Shown: piece by piece, positions 1-16,632 of the stretch
Numbering within the stretch: the first letter of the stretch is position 1
How the letters are laid out: each line of letters starts with the position of its first letter
Source: Eledone cirrhosa
Lineage: Eukaryota
Direction: 5' to 3'
DNA length: 64,000 nt
Assembly: GCA_964016885.1 (NCBI GenBank)
Contig: CAXHJY010001391.1
Location: 1-64,000 of the forward strand
Program-made: the position numbers and the translations under genes
The notes under the pieces: model-generated
Told to the model about the DNA's origin: nothing
Database searches by the model: none
Seen by the model: the letters and a program-made list of their open reading frames with translations, nothing else

Positions 1-179
1 TCTAGTCTGCGTATATCCTCTGCACACAATGCCCAGGTCTCACTGCCATGCAGCATTGCTGTTCGTATGCAGGCATCGTACAACCTGCCTTTCATTTTTA
101 GTGAGAACCCTTTAGCAGCTAATAGTGGTATAAGCTCTCTGAACTTTTTCCAACCAGTTCTGACTCTAGCTACAGTACT
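1..179 (-). mobile_element. RTE-clade LINE fragment (family A), continues off the window
   Basis: Reverse complement of ~3523-3702. Confidence 0.9.
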
Positions 180-4440
<4,261 letters not shown>

Positions 4441-4535
4441 ATACATATGTATATATATATGTATATATATATATATATATGTATATGTATATATATATCT
4501 ATGTATATATATATGTATATATATATGTATATATG

Positions 4536-4566
<31 letters not shown>

Positions 4567-5230
4567 GTATATACGTGTGACGACAAGTGCAGAGAGATCT
4601 GCAGATATAAAGCAATGCCTGAGCCGTGAAGCTTTTATAGTGAGCAAAGGCACTGCACAAAGCCCTTCCCACTCTCTTATCCAAGATGATATTTACCAAA
4701 AAGAAGAACAAGTCAACATCATTGGATACCATCAGGGTTGCAGGTGTTATATCAGAGTTTTCCTTCTCCTAGAATTCTGCCTTGACAAAGGCTAAGGGGT
4801 CATCTCCCCAGGTGATTTTGGATGGCCATTGACTCTTAAGAGCTCCTTTGCCCTTTGACAGGTTTTGTTTTTAGTCCTGCAGGATGTCCAAAGTCACCCT
4901 CCTCACCAAGAAACCTTGGTGGGGTTGCCAGTTTAGTTGCCAACGACCCGACCATGAGACAATATATATATACATATATACATACATATCTATACATATA
5001 CATCAGTGGTGAAGGGTAACCTGGAAAGCAGGGCATGCAGTCCAATCGCCATGGCGGAAAGTGGGGCTGTGCAGCCTTACCCCCCCCCCCTCTCCCCCAA
5101 TGACCCTCCCTGTCAAAGTTATCTAGTAGTGTTATCTAGTGTGTGTGTGTGTGTGTTATATTTTTATGTGTCTACGATTTAGTAAGCAGTCAAAATTCTG
5201 CTTTCCTCAAACCTGTCGTGTGTGTGTGTG

Positions 5231-5264
<34 letters not shown>

Positions 5265-5266
<2 letters not shown>

Positions 5267-5330
5267 GAAAATATTGTGTACAGTGCTCAGGTGCACTACA
5301 ACTCATCAAAAGTGTATGTACAGTACATAG
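5265..5330 (-). mobile_element. CR1 3'-terminal stub
   Basis: Reverse complement matches the 3' end of the CR1 at ~62370-62412 (TTGTAGTGCACCTGA.CACTGTACACAATATTTTCATTA). Confidence 0.7.
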
Positions 5331-5792
5331 GGTAATGTACAAACGTCAGGGGAAAATATATATATATATATAAATATATATATACATTTATACATTAGCT
5401 CAGATGTTGCAATGAACTGTCTGTCACACAGAGAAAGTGTTGACCATATTAAAAATGGAAATTGCATGTTCAAATCTTAGCAGGCCAGTATGATAAAATC
5501 AAATCTGAAAGAGTATCATCAAAGAGATAAGCTACATCAAACGACCGATGAACTCGTTTGCATGTCGACGGGTTTGGTCGGCGATTGGAGGTGTCATGCA
5601 ACAACAAATTAGATAAAGATTTATGATACACAGACGCATGAATTATGTTGTAGAGTACAACGATAAAGTTATAGTCTACTGAATCGCAGCAGTATATAAC
5701 CGGTATTTATTTATCATATACGTGGGGATGGGGATGAAAAGCAAAATTTAACAAAGGGGGTATTTGAACCACCCAAAACAGTGATGTACTAA

Positions 5793-5834
<42 letters not shown>

Positions 5835-8109
5835 TATATATATATATATCATATATATAATATATATATCATCGATGTTAAGTGCCAACTCTATCGACCT
5901 AGATATGGGAAAACTCCACCGAGAAAGAATCAGGTGCTCACACGAATGAGTGTATGTATGTCATTATTGGTCAATTATGTTAAGTCGTTCCAGGTATGTC
6001 AAACTTCTAAATGTGGTCACAATAACATCTAGCATTGGCTTGGAAGAAGAGCGTAGTCTATTTAATAATTAACTATAGTACTTAATTAACTGGTACTTAT
6101 TTTATGGAATTCATACTCAGAATAAAAATAAGTCGGTCTTGGTAACTCAGGGCGTAGTGGGGTGAAACCAAGTATTACTAAAAGGCATTTAGATCAGAAC
6201 CCTTCCTGCACTCTGGCGGTTGACATGTGGTTAAAATTTTGGCAAAACGACAGGAAAAACATAGGAGAACACAACAAAGCACCCAACAGTTCAATATGGA
6301 TACCATGGCTTGGGAAATCAACAGAGAGAAGAAAAAAGTAGGCCACAAACAATCGGTTATTTTATATCACAACTATGTTATAGATATAACATCTACAAAA
6401 AGGTGAGGGTACATAAACGAGTGTTTAACATTAATAATGTAATCAATTTGTTAACTGTTAACATTGCAGAGCTGCTGATAAAACCGAATGAATGCATGCA
6501 TGCATGCATGCATACATGTGTGCGTGCGTGCATACATACATACATACATACATACATACATGCATGGTGCGCGTGTGTGTAGGATCTAATGGAATCAAAC
6601 TAGAGGTTTGAAAGACTTACATATGTAAAATATAGAGAAAATTGAACAAGGTAAACAAGAAAATCAGCTCAAATGTTAACATAAACACTCAGGTGACTGG
6701 ACATGATAGATTACATAGGCTTTGACAGAGCAAGGGAAAGATAGAAATTGAGTAAATCCTGTTTTTAATAGCATGTCTAAGCTTAGATATTATATCACGT
6801 TTAGCTCATATAAAGAATGTATGGATATGAATTTGTGTATGCCAATTCATATACACACCTTCAAATACGTTTGCTGTTAAATAGCTCCATGACAGTTGTA
6901 AGAGAAGCGAGAAAAATTACCCATCACCATAGATACGAGATAGAAATATATATAGTGCAGGTGCAAAGCTTTAATTCGATTTTTTAACTTGATTATTTTT
7001 TAATACTACAAAATTACCTGAAGTGGATCAGATTTTCCTATCAGTTTCATAAAATGATATTCAACTATAAAAATATACACGAGTACGATATTTTAAAGTG
7101 AGGGCGAAAAAATTAAACGTCAAATCAAAGTAGACCTCTCTCAGCATCTATCATTTGTTTTTATTTCATACATACACACCCACTTTAAACTGACACATCA
7201 AACAGCTTACAACAGGATTTTGCTTTATAATTTAAATTTAATTATTTTTGAACAGACTATACAAAGTAGTGTCGTGTCTGAGTGTGTGCAAGATCAGCTA
7301 TGCGTATTTAACAGGTTCATGGAAAAATCTATATGAGTGTATTGGCTAGCTGCAATTAAAGATAAATATTTAGCTATTTTTAATTTAGTTTATGATTATA
7401 CACAAGCTATTTAATGTGTGCAGGGGCTACGGGAGAAGTTGCCTACCATGATACAATCGAAAGAACACACTATCTGTTATATATAATACACGACACAATT
7501 GAAACACCGTTTAAAGAACCTCTTATGGCAGCGACTGTAGCTGGTCTCTCACTTTATACAATTATTGATTGCTTACATAGGTACAAGCCCTCATATTTGC
7601 AGATAAGACTGTGTGACATTCATGCCTTCCTCAAAGGCATTAACAATATAAGTGGTGTGAAATGGTTGTGATTAGGAAGTGAAGCCGATCTGTCAGAAGC
7701 TCACCACTACCCAGTGGCGATATTCACTTATCTTCCATTGTTGAACGTTCGCCACGTTATCATAGACGCCAATGCAATATATATGTAACAGCAACGACAT
7801 CTCACGCACACTACTGTTTGTATACAAAGTTGACACAAAATGAGGGAACGTTTGAGATAACAACAGATGTTGCTAAATGAACCTCTACTTTATGGCCACT
7901 CTATTTGTAATACGCATTGGCTTGAAAAGTAGTTTTTCAATTTAATGATATACAAGATCTTTCTTCGTCCTGTTTGCATATTAAAAGTATGTTGCAGGGA
8001 AATGTTTATGAACAAAGGGCCTAAATTATAAAAGAATCTGAGGAGAATTTCTTAATATTTTTTTTTATTTTGTATTATCAGTCAACGCCAAGCATCACCA
8101 TCAACGACA

Positions 8110-8560
8110 ATAATATTTTATTGGTAACTAGGACCCATGACTTTGGGGGACAGTAAGGAGTGAGATATAAAACTGAGTTTACATCGAGTAAAAAGAAAAG
8201 TATCGACAGATAAAATCAATAAGGAGGAGGACCAATCAAGGAGCCCTCACAGATCCAGGATTAACCTGACTAACACGGGTAAATACCTTCCCTCATCTGT
8301 AACTCCCCGGTCTACAAGCGCATGCTGAGTATACCCATTCAATCGGCCCATGCTCGTTACTTTTACCACATTTCAACAAATTAACTGGAAACAAGAGCAC
8401 TTTCGCCTCCTCTCCAAATGGAACTTGAAAAGTCGATGAGGGCTTAGCCGAAGGAAAAAGTGTCTGTCCTTAGTCCGTTCAGGCGTGTACATCACAAAAC
8501 CTTTCACCAGATCAACAGAGGTAAGCTGTCTGCCTCCTCGGCTAAAGAAAGACTACGCTA
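8110..8560 (-). mobile_element. Old degraded Tx1-like LINE 3' fragment
   Basis: 8400-8550 resembles 17010-17190 (GAACTTGAAAA...GCCGAAG..AAAGTGTCTGTC); it ends in TTTATTGG next to AATAAT. Confidence 0.55.
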
Positions 8561-9302
8561 CAGCAGTTAATTAGCATATAAGAGTAATTAATATACTCCC
8601 TGTGATTTGTTTTCAAACAAGAAACAAATGGCAAGGGAAAGAAAAGAATATGTGGGGTAAAGGTAAGTTAGGCTGGATATGTCTCACCTGAGAGTTGAAC
8701 GTCCACATCCAACGTCTGTCTGTACGTCGTCGTCTGGTAGAATCTCGTGACGTCACTGCAGCCTCGATCTTAACTTGACTTGCGAAGGTCAGCTTACCTA
8801 CCTTTCCTCCTTCCACCTATCAAACTCACTCGCTCTTCCTCGCCTTCTTTCACACACCCTCAGTCTTTACATTACTCCCTCTCCGTTTATAGTTATATTC
8901 GAACACGCTGGGAAAAGGCAGAGGAGGATGACGTGGAGGTAAAAAAAAAATAGCAGTATATGAACACCAAGAGGAGGTGACAGAGACGAACATTGCCGAA
9001 TGGTGCCGAATTAAAACGGATATAAGCAGATTACTTAGGACTGTCGTTCAAGAAAGAGATTTTACGATTGTGTTTATGTACACACACACGTGTATATATA
9101 TATATATAATAGATATTATATTTTTGTAATATATATTACATGTATAAATATATGCATGCATACATACACAGACGCATATATTTATGAGTGTGTGTGTGTA
9201 TATATATGTTTGTGTGTAATCTATATATAACATGTATATGTGTGTGTTCACGTCTGTCTTTTTATCTCCCATTACCAAGCGGTGTGACAAAAAAGATTGA
9301 TT

Positions 9303-10140
9303 AAATAATTGTTTCTACGTTTGGCACAAGACCAGCAATTATCCCAGTGCATTACCGGTGCTTTATTTTATTGACCCTGTAAGGATGAAAGGCAAAGTTA
9401 ACCTCGGCGGGATTTGAACTCAGACCATCAAGGGCTGTGGCTCTATGCTGCAAAGCATAACGTCCGACCCTCTACCAAATAATTGTTTCTACTTTTGGCA
9501 CAAGACCAGCAATTGTTCTAGTGCATTACTGGTACTTTATTTTATCGACCCCGTAAGGATGAAAGGCATAGTTAACCTCGGCGGGATTTGAACTTAGAAT
9601 GGCAAGGGCCGTAACTCTATGCGTCAAAGCTTGGCGTCCGATACTGCCAATCGATCCTCTACCAAATAATTGTTTCTACTTTTGGCACAAGGCCAGCAAT
9701 TGTCCCAGTGTATTACTGGTACTTTATTTTATCGACACCGTAAGGATGAAAGGCAAAGTTAACCTCGGCGGGATTTGAACTCAGACCATAAAGGGCCGTA
9801 ACTCTTTGCTGCAAAGCATGGCGTCCGACCCTCTACCGATACTGCCAATCGACCCTCTACCAAATAATTGTTTCTACTTTAGGCACAAGGCCAGCAATTA
9901 CCCAGTGCATTACTGGTACTTTATTTTATCGACCCCTACCAAATAATTGTTTTACTTTTGGCACAAGGCCAGCAATTACCCAGTACATGACTAGTACTTT
10001 ATTTTATCGACCCCGTAAGGATGAAAGGCAAAGTTAACCTCGGCGGGATTTGAACTCAGAATGGAAAGGGCCGTAACTCTATGCGTCAAAGCATGGCGTC
10101 CGACCCTCTACCGGTACTGCCAATCCACCGACCCCTACCA
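9303..10140 (-). mobile_element. Five head-to-tail copies of a ~190-bp tRNA-type SINE (family S1)
   Basis: Units start at AAATAATTGTTT(C)TAC near 9303, 9477, 9664, 9862 and 9941. The minus strand has a B-box GAGTTCAAATC, and complete units have an A-box TGGCAGTATCGG. Confidence 0.85.
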
Positions 10141-10319
10141 AATAATAAGGCGGTTTTAGAAAGTAAGCACCGCGGTCGATATGATCCACTAGATTATGGT
10201 GGTATCCCAGCATCGCCGCAGTCTAATGACGGAACCAGTAAGAGGATAAAAGAATAAGAATATATTGTTATACTTGGGAGGAAGTGGGGGCTCTGCCCCC
10301 ACAACCCTCTCAGGAATAA

Positions 10320-10520
10320 GTGGGCGTAATCGATAGAGCATCAAACAACATGCTTTGTGGTATATAGTTACGTCCCTTTGCGTTCGGAGTTCAAATCTCG
10401 CAGCTTTATCTTTCAACTTTGCGGGGTCGATAAAATAAAGTACCAGCACTGGGGATTTGATCTACTTTCCCCACCCACAAAATTGTTGGCTTTGTGTATA
10501 AATCAGAAACATTATCAGTC
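10320..10520 (+). mobile_element. S1-related SINE, opposite orientation
   Basis: GGAGTTCAAATC...GGGGTCGATAAAATAAAGTACCAG...AGAAACATTA. Confidence 0.7.
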
Positions 10521-10705
10521 AGGTAACTAATCCATTCATCACTTGGTTTAGCAACCAGATGGAATGAATGGAGAAACCAGAAGGACAGAGGACTAAAATA
10601 GTCATTGTTAAGGCCACAGAGCTTTGACAATTTAATAACCATTTGGTTGCTAAATCAATAGATGAATTCATTAGTCACCTGAATAATAATAATAATAATA
10701 ATAAT

Positions 10706-13700
10706 GCTTTCTTTATTAACCACAAGGGTTTACATAAAGTAGACATTAAGGACAGTACAGGACAATACAGGACGGTACAAATGGGCATTTCTGCGTGTAA
10801 AAAAAAACAGAGGATATAATTAAAAAAATAACAATGAAAAATTCCCCAATAGGGGGAAGACTTCCGAGGGACATTTGTGGAGAAAGCCCATTAAAAGGCC
10901 ACAGTGACCCTGACCACCAGGGCAAGTGCCCTCTCCCAGTTTTCCACCATTAATTTACAGACACATACTCAGAGTTGCTTCTCTCACCCATCTTTCAACA
11001 AAATGCTGGGAAAAGAGCACTTCCCTCTCTACCCTGATTTTCCTTTTCAAATGAAATTTGAAAAAGTTAATCAGGGCATCACCGAAGAGGTAAGTGCTCG
11101 TCTTCAGCCCTTTCAAACGTGTCCACCATACTATCTCTTTCGCCATGGCCACCAGACAGATAAAAACTGCCTGCCCTTCCCGGCTAAAGGAAGAGGGTGG
11201 GGAAATCCTCACGATGGACTCAGCTGATAGCTGGATCCGTCCTACACGTGACAGCAGGTGTTCGACACAAGTCAGCAATGCTCGGACACTGGACGAGTGC
11301 GTGCAGGATGGTTTCGTCGCCCTGCGTGCATCTCGGACATGCCCGGCTGACGGTACCTCCATGCCTGTAGAGTTTATCCCGAACTGGCAAAGCTCCTCGG
11401 TAGCACTGCCAGGCCAGGGATTTCTGGAAGTTGTCCATAGGCCCCGGCCTGAAAGTCCTTCCGAAGAGATGGGCTAGTTGATTTTCGTCGACGCCTAGAG
11501 TTTCTCCAAGTACGTCGTCGCTCTTTCCCTCCACTAATCCTCTATAGAACGCCAAGGTGGAGTTTCCACCGATCACATTGCCCGATTGGTCGAGGGCTGT
11601 GAGCGCCTGAAGACATTCCAGTCTCCAAGCGCTCCTTCTCGGTCATCGCTTGACCCAGGACTGCAGCTCCGTCAAGGAGACGAGCTGGGGAAAGACGTGT
11701 CTAGCAAACGGCGATCACACCTGATCACCGTCGAGGAAGAGGTGGAGATGTCGTAGCCTGAGCGCGTGTCTGCGCATCATCAGCCACGGCATGCCCAGCC
11801 CTCCACGTAGCGAGTGTTGACAGCAGATGGACCGCCTGACCATCGGAGCGCATTCCTTCCACAAAAAGCGAAAGAGCAAACGCTCCAGCGCAGTCAGGCG
11901 GGGCTTAGGACAAGGTACGACGATCAGGCGGTAGTAGATGACGGACGCGATGTACGCGTTAGCCACCTCCGCTCGACCTTTCAGGGATAGCTTCCTCTCC
12001 GCCCATTTCTGTGTGAGAGAAGCCACCCTACTCGTCACCTCGTCCCAGTTTTTCCGTCTCGAGGTCCGGACCGAACCAGACCCCTAGCAATTTAACCGGT
12101 CCGTCCGTCCAGCGTCCGACGACGCTGTTGGACGGCATCGACCTGCCTCTCCAGGTGCCGAGCTGCAGGCCCACTGACTTTTCCTGTTTGATCATTGCTC
12201 CTGTCACCGCTTCGTATTCTCTTAGTGTAGTGCCGATCGCCTCGATGTGTTTGGCGTTCGACACCACTACGGTGACATCGTCCGCATATGCTGACACGGA
12301 TCTTCCGCATCCTAGTTCGCGCGGGACCCCCCTCAACGTCTCCAGTTTGTGCAGTAATGGCTCGAGAGTCAATACGTACAAGAGGGACGAGAGGGGACAT
12401 CCTTGGCGGACCGAGCGCATGATGTTGAACGGTTCCGAAAGGTGACCGTTCACTCTCACCACAGAGCAGATGTCGCTGTGCATGGCAGCGATCCAGCCTC
12501 CGAAGACAGGCCCAAAGCCAGCCGCCCTCAGGACTGCCGCTAGGTAACGATGGTCGACCCTATCGAAAGCTTTCGACTGATCTAAATTGATCAAGGACCC
12601 ACCCGTGCCAGGTTACCTAGCTACCCTCTCTACGATGTATCGCATGAAGTGGAGGTTGTCGTGGATGGATCTGTCGGGAATGGCGCATGTCTGCGCCTCT
12701 CCCATCAGACCACCAACGACAAGCGCCTACCTCTTTGCTAGCACCTTGGCCAAAATCTTGAACTCTGTGTTTAGCAGAGTTATGGGCCTGAAATTTTCTG
12801 TGTTATCCCCCTTGTTCGGATCCTTTCTCAGCAGCGCCACAGCTCCTCGGCTCACAGAGCTGGGAATTCTCCCGTTCTGTTGCCAGTTGCAGTAGACGTC
12901 CGCCAAGAGGCCTCCGAACAAGTCTGGCATCTGTAAGTAAAGTTCATAGGGCAGACCATCCAAACCAGGCGATATACCCCTTGTGCAGCCACTCATTGCC
13001 TCCCGTACTTCAGCTGCTGTTATCGGCTTTTCGCAACACTCCGCCTCAGTGGCCGAGAGCCGCGGCAGTCCGTCGAGGTAGACACTAAAGTCCATCCCTC
13101 GATTCGGCCCGCCGCTGCCCCCGAACAGCTGGGCGAAGTGTCGCTGGAAAGCTTCACACATTTGCCCGGGATCGAGTAGCATGCGCCCGTCGTGGTCCAC
13201 CAAAGACCGGATCGTGGCTTTGTTGCCACGACGCGCCTCCGCCACTCGGGCCCATTGAACGGCTTTCGTCCCCTCGTGTCTGAGAGCACGCACCCTAGCT
13301 CTGACAACGCAGCCTTCGTGCTTTGCATTGAAGAATTGGTCAAGGGCCAATTTCGCCGCAAGTACGTCGGTCGCGATGCCTTTGCTAAGCGCCTCGTCTA
13401 ATTTTCTAACTAGTTCTCCTTCTGCTCTATTTTTCTCTATTGCTAAAGCCTTACTAAATCTAATGGACTCTATTCTAATCGCTCTTTTAAGAGCAAACCA
13501 CCACTTGTTGTTGACGATGGCCCCCGTCAACGCCCGCTTAACTAGTTCGCTAATCCGGTCTCTGTAGGCCTTGCGCGCTGGGAAGGACGCGTTTAGCTTC
13601 CAGTAGCTGGGTCCTCGTCTATGAAGCCTATCTAAGTCAAGCACACAGATCACGAATTTGTGGTCCGTGTAGCTGACTATCTTGAATTGTGGACAGCCTA

Positions 13701-16588
13701 TGCTAGACCTATCTATTTCCCTACAAAATACTCTATCTAGATATGATCTGGATGACCATATGCGATTTGTCCAAGTCCACATTGGCACATTCGGGAAATC
13801 CAATCTGTACCTGTCAGACAGTTCAAAACACCTGAGCAGGTTGGTGAGGCTCTTGCACCCTCCTCCCCTATCCGCTAATCCCACACAGTCCCAGCGTGCA
13901 TCTAAGATCCCATTCCAGTCGCCCACTAACACTAAAGAGCGGGACGTTCCAAGAAAGGTCTCCAGACGCCGGAAGAAATCAGGCCGCCCTGCTCCTGTCG
14001 GGGCATAGACGGCCTGATTTCTAGCCTGAAAGCATTGCCGTCACTGCTGGTCACGTCCAGCACCACCAACTTACCTTGGCGAGATCCAAACATCTCCAAA
14101 AAAGCACAGCAACTCCTCCCCCCGATCCAGGACGGCTGGGAGATGCGTACACATCGTAGCCGCCGAAGATCGGTGCGAAGGCCCGTGCTTCGGAGATTCT
14201 GGTCTCGCTGATGGCCACTACATCTATGTTTAGTGACCTGAGGTCGTTGAGCAGGTGGCCCTGCTTCCATGACGACCCCAAGCCACGCGCATTTATGCTG
14301 CCTATTCTGAGTGAGGTCATGTTGAAATGGAGTGGAAAAGATGGGAAAGACCACTTACCTTAATTCTCGTAGAGGAAGGATGGTTTCTCCATCCTTTTCA
14401 CTGCTTGTGGCCTCCTCCGGAAGGATGTCCTTATAAATCCTCCTGGAGAGTGCTTGTCGGAAGTCTCTGATGTCTTTGGGGAATTTTTGTTTTAGTGTCG
14501 TGTACGTTTTCTGTGTGATGCGAGTGACTTGTATGTGTGGAGGTGGTGTGAACTTTTGGGTTGTTGTGTAGTCTTTTTCTGTGATGCTGGTGTTGTGTTG
14601 GATGTAGTGTAATAATTGGTTGTTGTTCAAATTTAATGCTGTGTAGTGTGTATCGTTTTGGTTGTTTTGTTTTGTTTGCGTTTGTTGTGGGTTTGTTTCT
14701 GTTTCGCTTTTTGGTGACTTTTGTGGTGTTGGTGATGGTGGTGTTGGGGTTAATGATGGTGATGGTGTTGGTGTTTGTGGTGATGGGGTTGGTGATTCTG
14801 GTGTGGATGGTGGCATAGCTGTCCTAACTTTTTTGTTTGATAGTTTATTTGTTTACCTCTGTATTTTGTTTTTGGAGGGGGAGGAAAGAGGATTTTTTCT
14901 TTTTGGGTTTCTTTTTCTTTTTTTCTTTTTTTCTTTTTTTCTTTTTTTCTTTTTTTCTTTTTTTCTTTTTTTCTTTTTTCTTTTTTTCTTTTTTTCTTTT
15001 TTTCTTTTTTTCTTTTTTCCTGATGCCGTTTCCCACTCCTCGTCGTCACAATCTGTCTCCAGTTGCGATAGGTCGGGGAGTGGAAAATCCTCCACAGGCG
15101 TTGGTTTTGGTTGTGGGGTGGTGGATGGTGTAGGCGCTGGTGCTAGTTCTGGCGCGTTGGGTGGTGGTGATGTTGGTTTTGCTACTGTTGCTGGGGTTGT
15201 TGCTGTTATAGTTGCTTCTGTTGCTGCTGCTACAGTTGTTGCTGCCATTTCTGCTGCTGGTTGTGTTGATGGTTGAGTCACTGGGGTGGGTAAGAGATGT
15301 GGCCTCAACCTTTTAGCCTGAGGGCAGAAAGCCCTTAGGTGGGTTCCTTCACCACAAACGACACACCTAGGCCTTCTGCCCTTGACGATTACGGTGAGGT
15401 GGCTGCCGTCAGTGAGGTCTATTACCTCTGGGATCTCCTCAATGCTTTTTTGGTCCCCTTGGATCAGGAGCTCCATCCCAGATCCGGACCAGTTCTCCTG
15501 CTTTTCTTTCGCTATTTCGATTATCTTGGTGTTGGCTTCGATGCCGGCGAGGACGGCAGCAATTAGCCAGGGAATTTCGATGGCCGGTGGAACGTGGGTC
15601 ACCCTGATCTTCACGAGTCTCTGGCCACAATAGCTTGGGACGAGTGTGAAGTCGTCACTTCTTAATGGGGCCATGGAGTGTTCTCTGGCCTCCTGTAGTG
15701 TTTCAAAGAACACGTCCACGGTTCCATATTTCTGCCCACGTCTCATGTGGGTTTTTTTGCCCACACATGTCCCAAATTTTTTGGATTTGGGAGTCGGATG
15801 CCCGTTCCACTCGGCGCGATTTTATGTTGATCGTCCGATAAGACACGGTGCATAGGCGCCGATGCTCCATTTTATTATTGGGGGGGGGGGGGCTGACCCT
15901 GTACCCATCTTTCTTTACCATTTGTTTGGCTTCTTCTAATTCCTCCTGAGTTACCTGAAATGCTTCGCACTTTTTTGCTACTCTCGCAAAAGACAGGGTA
16001 GTTTTCTTAATTTCATTGTTGCTGTTGTTGTTATCGTTATTTTTGTTATTGTTAATTTTAGTTTCAGTTGTGGTGGTGGTGGTGGCGTCAGTGGTGTTAC
16101 GTGTGGAAGAGTTCATTTTGGTTGAATTCATTTCGATATCACGAGTTAATTTATTTTTTTATTTTGTTTCTGTTGTCGCTGTGGTGGTGGTGGGGGTGGC
16201 GGCTTTAACACCTGCAGTCATTGGTAATGGCGGGAAATGAATGTCTGCCTGAGACAAATTTAAAATATTGCTACTGCTTATATTTTTAGTGTTGGCAAAC
16301 GTAGTAATATTTACAATGGTGGTGTCGGTGTGAGGTGTTAGTTTGCGAGGAAGGTGTGACGCTGAGTCGTCCATGATTTTTCAAAAATAAATTTGTGTTT
16401 GATAATTATAAAAGTTAAAATTTTGGGCTCAAGGCCCCAATCTTTTTGGGTGTCCTTTTCAGATAACAATGTATGTGCACTTACATACAGTTAACAATAA
16501 AAATTTTCCATAAATGGAAATTTTAAACAACTGAAAATAACAAACCTTTGCGGAGCTCACGATGATACGATTTACTACGTAGGTCACC
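10706..16588 (-). mobile_element. Near full-length Tx1/L1-clade non-LTR retrotransposon (frameshifted)
   Basis: ORF1 remnants at 16374-14355 include a CCHC knuckle CVVCGEGTHLRAFC. ORF2 from 14320 has APE (SINARGL, ISETR, GDWN, YLDR, TDHK), RT (DQSKAFDRV, QGCPLS, YADD) and a C-terminal CPRC...ETILHALVQC. Bounded by (AAT)8 and (AAT)14. Confidence 0.95.

Positions 16589-16630
<42 letters not shown>

Positions 16631-16632
<2 letters not shown>

Noticed and set aside
4795-4960. Possible HDV-like ribozyme in an RTE 5'UTR-like fragment
   Set aside because: I could not build the nested double pseudoknot by eye, and the fragment is cut by a TA repeat.
9303-10140. Retrozyme or CRISPR interpretation of the tandem array
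   Set aside because: No CUGANGA/GAAA core or unique spacers were found; the units are Pol III-type SINEs.
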